Shown piece after piece: positions 1 through 13,168 of a DNA stretch of 64,000 nucleotides. This stretch comes from Botryllus schlosseri (Eukaryota). Location: the NCBI GenBank assembly GCA_051294905.1, contig CM119372.1, forward strand, positions 40,302,001 to 40,366,000, written 5' to 3'. The notes under the pieces are model-generated. The model was not told where the DNA came from and searched no databases. It saw only the letters and a list, made by a program, of their open reading frames with translations. Position 1 is the first letter of the stretch. Each line of letters starts with the position of its first letter. A program made the position numbers and the translations under genes.

Positions 1-165
1 TGGCTTTGTTCGAGTCCTGCACAATGACTCGAGTCCAAGTCGAGTCAATACCCAGATTATCTCGAGTCGAGTCGAGTCGTTTCCGTATTTTGAGAAAATG
101 ACTCGAGTCAAGTCGAGTCATCAGAAAATGGTGAATCGAGTCTGACTCGAGTCTGGTCAACCCTG
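1..165. mobile_element. Right end of GACTCGAGTC-array hAT MITE (sibling of 1625-2209)
   Basis: Closely matches 2050-2209 and ends in CAACCCTG. Confidence 0.75.
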
Positions 166-623
166 CTATATATGAAAGTACCAATATTATTGGCCAAATG
201 CAAACGCAAACTTGAGAAAAAAAAAATCGCGAGACCAGTAAATTTATGGATACCGATTTTTCAGAGCAGTTATATTAGCGATTGGTGCATGTTAAGCCGA
301 AAGTACAAATGGAAGTGAGGGGGTCTGTTGAGTCAAGCCTTCCAGAATTTGTTTGATTGGAACCAAGGCCATTATTTTTGGAGGTCTACGAAGTGTTATT
401 ACAGCACTGCTAGAAACAAACACTCGGAACCGCCCGGCTTATTCTCTCAGTCAACAGGTGTTTGCGCGGTAAAAATGACCTTTTTTAATCACCGGGGAGA
501 TTTATCCTAAGGGGGGAATTTTGGCTTAAATTTCGGCCAAGGGAGGCACGAGATGAAAAAGGCTGGGAACCACTGCCATAGAGCGTCCGATGCATGGTTG
601 CCATACGTCCAAATATCCTATGA

Positions 624-1347
624 CAGAGGTTCTCAACCGGGGGTCTGCGAAACCGCGAGGCAGTTTCGCTTCATAACTGCTAAAACTTCATATCTCACAT
701 AAACAGAATGGCCGTCGGGGATGAAATATTCTACTGTGCAAACTCATCTTAATTGCCGAATTGCCAATAGCCTACTGATACAAACGTATGGCGGTTCAGA
801 GATGTTTTGCTGGTGTGTTCGAAAATAATTGCTTGCAAAAATCCATTTTGTCCCGCGATACGCATAACCGCTATTCCAGAATAGCTTCGAGATGGGCTGC
901 TAGATAGAAATGACAATGCTGGACGTTATATTATTTTAGTGTCATATTTGTTGCGATCATACCCAAAGGTGGTGTCGAAAGCGTTGCGCGCTATTATTAC
1001 ATTCGCCACCGCATACGTTTGTGGAAATGGATTTTCGACATTCGTTCATATCGACTTGACTGCGCGGATTTTCAAGACCTGCCGCGTATTTCAAAGACAT
1101 TTGGCTACAGAATTCGCTTTGAAATCATAAAATTCAACCAATTTTTACATATAGAGTTGGCTAGGATATTATTTTCAAGAATGGTCATTCTGTTGCTCTT
1201 TATCACTAGCCTACAGTTGATATTTGCACAGGACAGATGACGGTTGTTCGATAATAGAGCTAAATTTCAACTAAAACTTTATGGGTCCGTGGGGGTCAGT
1301 GACGGTCCAAAAGAGGTCCGCGAAGACGAAAAGGTTTAGAACCAGTG
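624..1347 (+). mobile_element. hAT Charlie/Buster-type deletion derivative with transposase C-terminal remnant
   Basis: TIRs CAGAGGTTCTCAACC / GGTTTAGAACCAGTG, TSD TCCTATGA/TCCTAAGA. Internal SYPKVVSKALRAIITFATAYVCGNGFSTFVHI resembles the hATC dimerisation motif YPxLxxxALxxLxPFATTYLCExGFS. Sibling copy at ~32323-32766. Confidence 0.8.
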
Positions 1348-1586
1348 TCCTAAGACATGTCCGGTATTATCAAAATATTCTGCGGCTGAGATGGACACAA
1401 GGTTGCGATTCTCAAAATTGATTTCATACTCGATACTTTTTTACTAGGTAGTTCTATAAGTTGCCATTTTATCGTACTTTGTTAGATGTAGCTAAATTCC
1501 GTAGACAAAATTATCAGTTTTTCATCATCTGGATTGATTTTCAAGAAATGCACCAATTTGTAGTATCATCTGTAATTTGGCATTAG

Positions 1587-2538
1587 TAGGGTTACCACAT
1601 TTTGCGATCCGAAAAGTAGGACACCAGGGTTGTAACCAAGTCACAAGGCTCCGAGTCACAAGTCAATCTCACTTTTATAGTTTTGACTCGAGTCAAGTCG
1701 AGTCATTTCAATTCACCACCGAGTCAAGTCCGAGTCCAAGTCAGCGAGCAGAGGGTCGAGTCCGAGTCATGGAATTATGACTCGAGTCCGAGTCCAAGTC
1801 ATTGTATAGACTGCTCAGTTTCCAGTTAAAGTATTGGTAAACCCACTTTTTATAACTCTGTTTGGTGATATCGAATGTTTCGCATTCATAATATACCAAT
1901 TTTCCTCACTTTTAGCAGTTTCTGGTCGCATATTCAAGTACCAGTACCCACAGACGAAATCCCAATAGTGTGTTGGCTTCGGAATTACAATGAAATGTCG
2001 GTCTTGGCCGTCTGAGTCTCGAGTCAATGACTTGGATCGAGTCATGCGCAATGACTCGAGTCCAAGTCGAGTCAATACACAGATTGACTCGAGTCGAGTC
2101 GAGTCATTTCCGTATTTTGAAAAAATGACTCGAGTCAAGTCGAGTCATCAGAAAATCGTGACTCGAGTCGGACTCGAGTCGAGTCATGACTCGAGTCATT
2201 ACAACCCTGTAGGACACTCTTTACAAGTTGCAAAATATATAAAAGCGGTAGATAAATATGCTGATTTAAAAATCTTTGCGTGAAATCCCATTGGTTTAAC
2301 TAAAAAAGAGGTCATATTTCCAACCCGACTACCGAAAGACCCGCCCCCACGTCAAATCGGTTGGGGTTGAACTTTTTTTTAAATCGTCACTGCCGTCATT
2401 TTTGTTTTCCGTGTACGTACACTCGGCTGGTTTTCAAAGCTGTAATGAATGACGAATTCCCAAAACAATGAAGGACATTCGGTCGTCATCGGATGAAATT
2501 TTCGAGTTATTGAAAAAGGAGGACGTATGGTAACCCTA
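1587..2538. mobile_element. hAT (Blackjack-like) MITE hosting a nested MITE
   Basis: TIRs TAGGGTTACCA / TGGTAACCCTA. TSD not clear. Confidence 0.6.
1625..2209. mobile_element. hAT MITE with GACTCGAGTC/GAGTC arrays
   Basis: TIR CAGGGTTGTAA / TTACAACCCTG, perfect 8-bp TSD TAGGACAC. Confidence 0.9.
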
Positions 2539-4643
2539 GGCCCGTGGTTCTCAAAGGGTGGACCACAGACGCAATTTGATGTGGGTCACAGATCTATTTG
2601 GAAAATTGTAGAATTAGTGAAAGTTTCGTTATATTTGTTATGTTGTGTATGAGATGTATTGACGTCTGGATTCACAATGTACGAGTCGAAAATAGGAGGG
2701 GAAACGGCGGCTTTTGTCCCCGGCTATGACAGCCTACATCCAATAGCAACGGAAATAATTTCGATTATATATTAACTGGAAGTTAATACTAAAGTGACCA
2801 AATATTCCGGCAATGTCCTACGTCGTATGTTGTCCTTAAAATGGGTGTGTGCATTAATCTAGGACTGAAGAGCATTTGATGTAGATTAATGGTAGGCCTA
2901 CTTCGGCAGGTCGCATTATTGAAATAGCCACAGTTGCAATTTATTATCAATTATCGCCTTCCTGTGGAGGCATACGGCACCCTCGCAACGAATCGTAATG
3001 AATTGGGGATTTAGCGCAACACATTAATCTTTGGTTTCGGTCTAAACAGGGGTGTCAAACTCAACTTGCATCGCGGGCCGGATCGAAACCTTGAGATTGC
3101 TCGTGGGCCGCAGTAGTCAAATGATTCCAGAATATTACCTCAAAATTACTACCCTTGATTTTCAATTTAATAATTTGTTATCAAGCCTATACGCATAATA
3201 GTATACGGTATTACATAATATATCGGATTATACGGGCTCTATTCTAGCTATACCGTTATTCGCAAACAGTGGAATTATGGCAATGATACGATGAATGGGC
3301 GGTTGAATACCGTAATAAACGGCTATAACAGAGGCTCTCACGTTGATACAAGTTGTCGTATTTCTGTGCACCCTTTGATTCGGTCGTGCACTGGCATCAG
3401 GCGAACTCTGTAGGCCTATCCCTCTTTTGCATTCTCGAAATTGTGCGTCAATGTGAACGACTCGTTCGTAATGGCGAATACGGTTATGGCCTATAAACAT
3501 AATCTACACTTGCTGTCGTGAGGGATTATTTAATGGAAGTATTTATTGCTAAAAATCCAACATTTGCTGTTAGAAATATGCTCGATAATACCCACATTGC
3601 CCGGCCATGAAGTCATTGTACATAAGAGTAACATGAATTGATTGCATCATTGGATTTAATGTTCTGGCATCGCAACTTCAATAGGTACACGACATACTAT
3701 GTGCATTGTACCTGCAGCATATTAAATAATTCTTTCTCCACTTTTCTGTAATATCCCATTCACCAAAGAATTGTTTGGACTGGGCCCAGTATGATGATGT
3801 TATTCCCCACCATAGAACTAAAACCCCAATCACACAGTGTATGTGGGGATTGGATCATTGGTTTTCGCGACATGAGTGAAACAGCAGGAGTACAGACGAG
3901 ATATACGATCTTCGAGGCCGTAGCTGTCACACCCCAAACTCCTGATCGGGGGGAGCTCTAAAGGGCCCAAAATTATTCCGTTGGTATATGTTGGCGGAGA
4001 ACTACTGGACTTCAAACTTTTTGTCGCGCTAGGCGCGATCTCATGTACTTACAGGCCTACCTTTATATAATAATAGTAGGCTAAGAGAAAAATGTGCATA
4101 TTTTAGAAAAATTGGCATATCGGTGACGGCGATTACCACACATTGGAACAGGACTATGATTCTAGGATAAGAGGTGGGTCACAGAACATTTTCAAACCCG
4201 AAAATGGACAACGGCCAAAAGAAGGCTGAGAACCCCTGATCTAGGCTATCAACAGTCACGAATATGCATCTTGCCATTTCGAAAGTAGTCAATTTCGATA
4301 GACTACTAAAAGTATGCTACACCTCGACCACATCTACTTTTAAAAACTACTTACTTGTTGAGCCTTTAATGTTTTACTTCAGCTTGAAATAGTTTTGACA
4401 TTCACTGGAAATTACCACTTTTACGTGCTATTTACGAGAAATGTAAGGAGTAATTTATACATGTACTAAAGTAGCAACTCTGATTAATTTGACCAGCACC
4501 GCGTAGCATGAGTAGCACTGTACTAAGTAACATCCAGAATTGGTTCGAGACTTTTCATATCATACCCATAAATATTAAATGTGTTAAGTTGAAGGTTGAC
4601 TTTTAAAATTCCAGATAAGGTGTTTCTGGCACGAAACTCTCAC

Positions 4644-4745
4644 CTTGTTTACGTCGAAAAGTCTGCTGACGAGAAAATTCTTTCCTTCTTTTTCTCGAAT
4701 CAGAAATAACGAGCACCGATCTGCGTCTAAGAGTATGCTCACGTT
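4644..4745 (-). CDS. PDE5A: PDE5-type phosphodiesterase exon (102 nt, phase 0/0), GAF-A domain
   Basis: Acceptor GCTTTCAG|AAC, donor AACAAG|GTGAGA. Encodes NVSILLDADRCSLFLIREKEGKNFLVSRLFDVNK (ADRxSLFL...LVSRLFDV GAF-A signature). Downstream exons were not found and probably lie beyond position 1. Confidence 0.93.
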
Positions 4746-5580
4746 CTGAAAGCAATCCCGTAACTTACAAAAACGAAGCACGACGGATAGTTTTAAAAAA
4801 ATTATACTTCATTCTTATATATATTCTATAACATTTATGTTTTTAGGAAATATTGGCGGTGCTCGACGTATTGATGATGCTCTCACGTCGTACTATTATG
4901 TAGGGCAAGGCGAAATGATTTGACTCGAATCCGAATCGCGTTGTAATTCCAATGATTCGAGTCAAGTATAGTGACTGTTTTCCAGAGTACTGACATTATA
5001 AACTCCTCGCTACTACGAGTTAAATTATCAATGACAATTATAGTTTGGATATCATTTTCCACGTGGAAGCCTTTAAACTTCGACTCGTCATATCACATCA
5101 TACGAAACATGTAGTAGGCCCAAACACTACCCACGTTACTGGAAATGACGGATCTGTAAAGTTGTTATCAGCCCACGGAGTTATCACAAATGGCATGAAA
5201 TAGGTACGATCGAGAAATACGAAATGATCATTAAGTGATGTAGAACTGGCATTATATTCTTTGTAATACAGTAAATAGTACATATTTGAACCATACACAT
5301 ATTTCCTGCGGTTATGACGTCATCGCGAGTGATAATCGAATACCCGGCTCGAAGTCTAGCACTCGATTCAGAATCGTATCACTCAGATATTACTCGATTT
5401 TGGCCAGCCATATTATTATCCTTTAAAATGGTTGAAATTACTTCGATTTTATAGGTAGTGATTCAGAATTGCTCAGTGATAGCAGCAATCAGCAACATAT
5501 TAAGGTAATCAGTTAATTGGACTATTGAAATTAGGAAAGATATTTTTGTAGAGTTCTAATGTAGAACGATGTAAAGTTAC

Positions 5581-5794
5581 CTGCAATATCCTGTGACTGA
5601 CAGATGTGATGTCGAGATCCATGGCGATATCTTTCACGAGCTCCATGATCATATCTCGCTCGTCAATCACGGAGCTCTCTGATTTCGGAACCGGCCCGTC
5701 CGGCAGATCCGGAGCAATATTCGGTTTCATGTGATAGTGCGACAATCGGCGCGTTCGGATTTTCTGCTCTTGAACTTTCTGCACTGATGATCCT
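5581..5794 (-). CDS. PDE5A: PDE5-type phosphodiesterase exon (214 nt, phase 2/0), entry into GAF-A
   Basis: Acceptor CCTTCAG|A, donor TTGCAG|GTAACT. Encodes ...DMIMELVKDIAMDLDITSVSHRILQ, like the ELVKDI..LDVT..CHKI helix that starts GAF-A in PDE5/6/11. Confidence 0.9.
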
Positions 5795-6936
5795 CTGAAG
5801 GTTAAGACTGACATTCAGTTTCATCAACTCAGATCGAATTCAGCAAAAATACTAGAATCCATAAGGGGTCAAAGTATTCACCGTCGGTACTCAAGTAGGA
5901 GTAGCGATTTATAAGTGAGCATAAAGTAAGTATTCTAGGAATACTTTTTCCAAAAAACTGTAAACTGCCAAGTGGAAGTAGAAGTAGTTTAACATAATGA
6001 CCACCTGAGGAAGTAGTGCGAATAGGAAAAATCTACTTGAAGTACTTCGTTAATTCCCACCTGTTCTAGAATCCCATCAACGAAGTAGCCTACTGCTACT
6101 TTTCCGGAATAATTAAGTAGGTATGGCTTTCCACTGCTTACCCGAGTGAATATGTCTTTCAACTACTTCTACTTCAACTCTAGTTTTTTGGAAAAACTAT
6201 TTTGTTTTAAAATTCCAATTTTAGAAATTGGAACTATTTTATGGGTATTTTTGCATCAGCTTTATATGTTCAATTGTGATAACATCTGGGCGGAGTATCC
6301 GCTTGATCTCTCAAGCAAAACTACTTTTTTGAAACAATATTCGAGTACCTTCCCGACCTTCATTTTCTACTTACACTTCAAGTAGATTCGCCATGTCCTG
6401 GAGACCACTACTTGTACTTGTACTTGATTAGAAATGTACCAGGATACTTCTAAATCCCCGTAACGAACTCCTACGTTTCACATTACTCAAATATTGGCAT
6501 ACTTTTGGCATACTTTCACTACTTACTCAAGTGTCAGGACTTTAGACTACTTCCACATCTACTTCACGTTTTGAGAAGCAAAACTACCTACTTCTTCCCA
6601 CTTTTGAGTTAGAAAAGTGGCAAGTAGTTTTAGCACTGGATTTGTATCACTTTGAATAGTCAATCGGTCGGACGTTATCTTGTGTTAAGCGCGACATCTT
6701 TTATATTTCGAATAGCAACTGCTAAATCATGCCTCCACCAAAGCTACGCTTTGAAAGTACTCAGATACTTTTGAGACCTGCTACTTCTCGCGTCCAGTTC
6801 AAGTAGCTGTGGCTCCTGGTAGTCGCTAAAAATACTTTCAATCCAGTGGAAATAGACGATATTACTTCTAGTTGAGTAGCAAGGATTACTACTTTGATCT
6901 TCAGTCGTTTTGTGGCGAAACCAAACGAGGTCTCAC

Positions 6937-7117
6937 CTTCTAGGGGTGACAGGCGAGGCATTATCGGCCGGGGTATAAAAACTGGGCGTTCCCAATTCGT
7001 CTTTCAAAACCATCGGCTTCAGAGGCAGATGTCTTGAGTTGATTTGGTCTGACGACACCTTTCGAATCGGGGTGTGTCGGCCTCGCTCGAGCATCGGGGA
7101 TCCACCCTCTCGTTTCG
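6937..7117 (-). CDS. PDE5A: PDE5-type phosphodiesterase exon (181 nt, phase 1/2) with the RKxS phosphorylation region
   Basis: Acceptor TTATATGTAG|CG, donor AGAAG|GTGAGA. The open frame KREGGSPMLERGRHTPIRKVSSDQINSRHLPLKPMVLKDELGTPSFYTPADNASPVTPR resembles PDE5A [29 protein letters not shown]. Phases match both neighbouring exons. This frame is not in the ORF track. Confidence 0.88.
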
Positions 7118-7445
7118 CTACATATAAGATAACGATAAGTCATCACAAGATGTTAAACTTGAGGACCTTCGAAATGAAAAGCTGGTCAGACTTGTACAAA
7201 TTACCAATTTCTTTAATTGGCGGTCATTTAACTACTGTTTTATTGAGTCATTCTAGTTCTAGTTGCTCCTTTTGAAAAGCAAAAGCAAGCAGTTATACTT
7301 CTAATTGACGATTTCGAATGAAGGATAGTTCTAGTTTTAGTTCTATAGTTGTGCATTTTTAAAAGAGAGTAACAGTTCTAGTTGTAGCTATCGCATTGGA
7401 AAATTAGGTAGTTCTAGTTCTAGTTGTGCATTCAAAAGTGAGTTA

Positions 7446-7645
7446 CAATGTTCCCTCTAATATACTAACGTGTGCAATTGCGCAGTGCTGACACGGCCTC
7501 TGCGCACAGAAAATCTAAGCTACGCACGAAAAATCCGAAGTAATGACCTTTGTTTAATGTTTAGTCGTTACGCACTGTCTTTCAAGGGACCGCGCAGCAA
7601 GTTGGAGAGAGCGTGCAGACTCGTGAATAATTAAAAGGAACAGTG
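7446..7645. mobile_element. ~200-bp hAT MITE (CAATGTTCCCTCTAA family, TGCGCA motifs)
   Basis: Same family as 33477-33667 and 47925-48110; TSD GTGAGTTA/GTGAGTAG. Confidence 0.7.
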
Positions 7646-10600
7646 GTGAGTAGTTCTAATTCTAGTTCTAGTTCTAGTTGCGTATTTTGAAAAGTGAATC
7701 GGGAATGATAAAAAACAATGGTATAAGACAATTGGACAACACGTGTCGTCGTTTGGCGTTAACGGTGATACCGGTGTTTTGATGCGTGATGTTCTTGCAG
7801 GCATCACTATCTCAGAGTCATCGCTTCTTACAGTGGCGTAGTCAGGGGGTAAGTTTCGGGGCGAGACACCTCCCGTTTTATGTTTGCGTTCAGTTCGTGT
7901 GGAATACGATCCGATTCCGATAACATAAATGTTTTTGTGCTGCTCCAGAACTGAGTCTATAGTTAGTTGTGTTTTAGTTCATTGGATACTGATTTTTGAA
8001 GGTCGTTATTTCTAGTTCTAGTCCCACCAGTTTGTACAAGAGTCCGAATGGCAAGCTGATACGTCAGTTCTAAAACTTGCAAGCAAACAAGAGTACGTGA
8101 CGGCTACAAATCTCGATAACGACGTCGAGAAATTTAACACGCTCGTAAACTATCGTTCGTTGACCGACATCTGTTCGGCTGGGTCATAACTAACTGATCA
8201 ATCGATTGGATGCGCGGCAGGCCAGGTGTTGTTGCTACCCGGACACGCTTATATGTTACAGACATCGTTTGAAAATTTAAAAAAATTCAGATTTTCCAAC
8301 TCCGATTACATTGATTTACAAATTAAATTAGAATTACTGATTGCAAAAAAATCTTGGAAATTGAATTCAATCTAGAATTAGCAATAAATATAACAAAAAT
8401 CTAGCTCAGTTTATATGAAATCAGACTTCAGTCTCATAAACACGAGAATAACAAATCTCTCTCTATATATAATTGGCTCATTTCGCACGATACAGTTCTT
8501 ATGTAGCATTTTCAGAAGAAAAAAAAACAGAAATTATATTACAATTAGTGAGCATGGAAACATTTCACAAATTAGATTAGAATTGGATTACCGGCACTTC
8601 GCTCTAATTCAGTGTTTCCTAACCTTTTTAGCGCTAGTACCCCTTGAGCTGTCAATAAAGATTTCTCCCATGCAGTGTACATGTACTGTGCTTTTTTAAC
8701 ACAGCCTATGATGGTACCTGTATTAAAATTACAAAGACCATGCACATGAAATCGCGCACAGCGGGAAGAAATGGTATGAGTTGTATAATTTGATCCCGAA
8801 AATAACCCACTTTATATAGGTTTGCAAAATAATTTTGAGCTCTAGACATCGTATAGGCCTAATTTCACAATGCATCTCGTACCCCTGGATGGTAACCCCT
8901 GCAGCGGTTAGTCTATTTTGACAACCAGAATTATCGCCACGGCTGGTCTCGGACCCTTCCATTCTCGCATGGAGATACCGTGCTGTCGGTGGAATGCTCA
9001 TTATCATTGGTCAAGCCTGCGAAAAATCTGTGTAGGTAAAAGAGATTTTATGGCCGTCATGATCAGCACGTGGATTATGAAATGATTTATAAAATATCTA
9101 CAAAACATCCTATTTATGACGCTTCACTTCACGTCACCCTATATCCCCGCCGATTAAAAATATAAACATCGTTACAACATATAGAGGTCGATACGATGGC
9201 AGATGCTACCCAAAGATATGAAATGATACAATTTTTATATAAATCTGCAGCATTTCTTTTGTAGATTGTTAGCACAAATGTACCGTCAATTTACAACAAT
9301 TTTATGAACACTCAAAATCATCATTTCGTTTATGTTCGAACGTTTTTCGCGACAATTAGCATTCAAAAAAATATTTCATTCTCAGTTTGGCGCGGTATCA
9401 GGCGCAGTAATTTCTCAGAATAACTGACGATGTGTAAGTCATTTGACATGCTTCCAGCTGATACCGGCGGCTTTGACGGGAAAGTACTCAAAACCAGCCC
9501 GGAATTACCGACGGTTGGTCCCCTATAAATGTAGATTACGGCTAAACTGAATTTGGCTACGAAACTCACGGATTATACAATATACACCGACTGGCTGTAC
9601 CTAACAACTTAGTAACCAAGAAATATTGTAATGTATAACGTGTATATCCACATCCTCCATCCCCTAGTAGAGACCCTCACGGTAATGATAGCTAGCCTAT
9701 GCACCTCGTATGTGGCTGAGGGGTCTTCAAAAATAACTTTTTTCTCAAATCGTACTGGCTACTTGATAAAATTGTCAGGTTACCTGATTTCCGGCTACAC
9801 ATTGTGGCTATCATTTAATATGAACAATCAAGCCGGAATTACAGATATCATTATCTCGACTTGCATAATATATGCCGCGAACAGCGTACATCCACTTTGT
9901 TGACAAATTCAACACAAGAAATTTATTGCTTACACAGCTAGCGATTGATATGCGTCACCATGGAAAGTTCAAGATGTATGCCAAAGTTGTATCTTAATGC
10001 AATTTTCGAGTTTTATTAGAACTTGTTTAACTTCTACAATGCTTCTTTGAACGGCTATAGGCATAACGCATCTTAAGGGAATGTTCACTTGGATAGATAG
10101 CCTATAAGAAATATCGTTTGATATAAGTGTACTAGATGATCACCAGCATTTTCCAATTACATTTGGCAAGCCCGAATTATGTCACACCTTTATTTCCATG
10201 CTCCATGAATACCGTAAAATCCTAACATTTACTTTTGAGCCTACCCCACTTATATATTACGAAGTAATCAGAGCCTGCGGTATTCTTGACGTACCGTTAA
10301 TATGATGCGGATAAAATTTCCAAGTTGCGAAGTACGATCGATCGTAAAGTACTGCACCGCTACCGAAAATAGCGAGCAGCACATCTTGTGTTATCAATCA
10401 AGATGGTCTATTGACCTCGAATGTTTTGGCTCAAGCTTACAGCAAAAAATGTTTTTTGATGGAAGTTAATAATATTGAAATCGATTCATGGCGGGGATCA
10501 TTGTGGACCACCGCGAAACATATCCATAACTGTACGTCATTCGATTACAGATGCCTCGAAGTTTGTGAATAATATCAGGCGCCACAGTTTCTGAATTTGT

Positions 10601-10973
10601 GAACGTACGCTAGTCAGTAATCTTGTTAGCAGCAGGCTAGGACAAATAGATGATTCTAGTCGTATAATTGGTCTACTTTCAGCAATGTGCCGGTGACCTA
10701 ATTCTTTCCGGTTTTCCTGAAAATGCCACGGGAGAATTAAGCCTGGTGTAGAGACCTTTATCATTCGCATGCTTAAAAGAATTAACTCTGATTTGATGAC
10801 TTGAACTTGATTTTTGTTGTATTTCATTCTACGTGAGGATTGAATCGAATTAATGCGAATTCAGTCATTCTAATTATAAGCTAATTTGGAAAAGCACTAC
10901 GTAGTTATGATTTTAATTGTAATAAAATCTGGAAAAGCTGAAAATTTTCCAATTATTCAACTCTGGTCGCGAG

Positions 10974-12474
10974 TAGGGTTGGGACTTCGGGATCAAATTT
11001 GAAATCCCGGGATCGGGATTTTCGCTTCTCATGCCCGGAATTTCCCGTGATTAGCAAAATAATAAAATACACATACATAAAGCTACACAAACAACATTTA
11101 TCCCATGTAATATTGACGCACAACATGAGAGCATCAAGGGCAGTGATTCCAAGAGCTGCATGCGGCTCCAAGGTAGCCTTTTTGCGGCTCTGAATGACCT
11201 CTCACAAAGATATGATAGACGATAGTTGTTGTTTGTTTCTATGAATAGTTATGGTCAATTTCTGTATATTAATGCTAAAATGAGGGATATTAGTTATGTC
11301 TAATGCCGTCCAAGTCCGCTTCTGAAAACAGGGAAAGAGAATTCTTGCAGACTAGCGTCAAACGCATGGATGAATACCCGTCAGACAACGATATATCTCG
11401 AGTTCTGCTATTCATAGACCTTTATATATAGTCTTTGTGAAGAGTAAATTTCGACACAATTTTACCAACATCAAAATAACGGATCATAGTCAAGTATAAA
11501 TTGCAATAAGTCCAATATTATTCAACGGATGGTCCCCGCAAACTTGTGCATCAAGTGCTGGAATGTATGAAGAGCTATCACATAATGACAAAATAGTATG
11601 CAGTAGTTATAATATGCATTTTCAGTTTATTCCAATGTATATAACACTCGTCGACCAATGCTAAAATAACCGATATAGAGTCTATATAAGTCTATGTGCA
11701 TACGCATGCTTTTGACTTAGCTAGATAGTGAGATCCAGAGGTAGGTTATTGGTTACCTCTCAATTTTCGTTATAGGTATATTGCCTAATGCCTACTCGAG
11801 TGTCTTAATGCGGCTCTCTACGCATACTCCGAAGTTTAAAATGCGGCTCCGACATCCAAAATGGTTAGGAGTATCATCGTTTAGACCAGTGGTTCTCAAC
11901 CTGGGGGGCGTGAGAGCTTCTGAAGGGGGGCGCAAAGAAGCGGTCAACTACAAACATTTTTCGCGCTCTGCGCGATGTACCCCCAATTCACGCGTGTTTC
12001 TCTATATATAGACCGATTTTCATATTTTTGAATACTCTCATCAACAGTCATAATCTTCCATGCCATCAAACAATCTGTTGCGGTTGCTAGCATCCCCGTT
12101 GGATTTTGTGATACGACGATAAGGTGGGCGCGAAATTTTTCAATATCATGAGGGGGCGTGACTGAATAAAGGTTGAGAACCAATGGTTTAGACGGTTTAG
12201 TAATTTGTTGGCGAAATATCCCTAAAATATGGGTGGGGCAGACCTAGGCAATTTTCGAAAAGGGCAATGCAGGGAGAAAGGTTAAGAAACAATGTTTTAG
12301 ACAATGAACCGAGTTTGTGACACTGCTTTATCACCAAAATAACAGATATGGCGCTACGTAAGCCTTGGTAGATGCTGTTTACAAATCCCGGGATTTCATT
12401 GTGATTAATCCCGGGATTGGGATTGCTTCAAATCCCGGGATCCCGGGATCGGGATTTCCAGTGGCCCCACGCTA
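10974..12474. mobile_element. hAT MITE with CCCGGGAT arrays, hosting nested MITEs
   Basis: Ends TAGGGTTGGG / CCCCACGCTA, ATCCCGGGA arrays at both ends, TSD GTCGCGAG/GTTGCCAG (6/8). Confidence 0.7.
11887..12185. mobile_element. hAT Charlie/Buster-type MITE, 299 bp
   Basis: TIR CAGTGGTTCTCAACCT / AGGTTGAGAACCAATG, perfect TSD GTTTAGAC. Relatives at ~32180-32322, 43302-43586 and 62230-62501. Confidence 0.9.
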
Positions 12475-13030
12475 GTTGCCAGGCAGGACAGTTTGATCTG
12501 TAATGCCTTGTTGCGCACCACTTTACTGATACCCATAGGATTAAGTCGGTCGTCGACTGGTTGCGTCACAATGCATTTAAACATAATACTCTGTGGAAGG
12601 TCATTTGGATGGGCGGCGGACATGAGCACGCGATGATTGGGCATGTGGGTTAAATGTCAGGATAGGGGTATATTTAAGGTTACTTTAAGGGTAGAGTTTG
12701 GATATATTACAGGGTTAATTTCAGGATTAGGACTGGGTTTCAGGTTCATTCTGGGGTTCTAAAGTCTCATGCTAACGTATGGCCTTCTGGTCTGTCGATT
12801 TTCATTCTGTCGTGTGCTAAATTGTCCTGCATCCAATTTGGAGGTGACGACAATCAAAGTGTTGAGTGCCACAAAGTTTACTCTCATTTCGTACATTGAC
12901 GTCGTTGCATAACCGTTTACTAATACGGTATTTGAATAAAGGTTTCAGAAGTACGTTCATAACAGCGTTATTGACCTCATTCGCTACTGTGACATCGAAT
13001 ACAATTTCGTGGCAGAACCCCCGCACTAAC

Positions 13031-13168
13031 CGTCATCATCCGTAACCCGGAAATCCGAAACAGATAATTTGACGACTCGTTCGACGAGCCAGCTGTTGAT
13101 CATCGTTCTCGTGGCTTTGCGGAGGAAATATTCCTGACTGAACTCCGGGTGGTCGTCGAGCCACGACT
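13031..13168 (-). CDS. PDE5A: PDE5-type cGMP phosphodiesterase, N-terminal coding exon (138 nt, phase 1/1)
   Basis: Acceptor TTTCCATTTTCAG|AG, donor GACG|GTTAGT. Translates xSWLDDHPEFSQEYFLRKATRTMINSWLVERV..., which matches the recalled vertebrate PDE5A N-terminal motif [32 protein letters not shown]. Confidence 0.9.

Noticed and set aside
1577..2283. Overlapping SSRVES-rich ORFs on both strands
   Set aside because: They arise from palindromic GACTCGAGTC arrays in a MITE.
8729..9569. Additional PDE exons at ~9016 and ~9512 (good-looking acceptors)
   Set aside because: I found no donor/acceptor combination that keeps the phase-1 to phase-1 frame between 13031 and 7117, and there is no PDE similarity. 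They cannot be excluded as alternative exons without RNA data.
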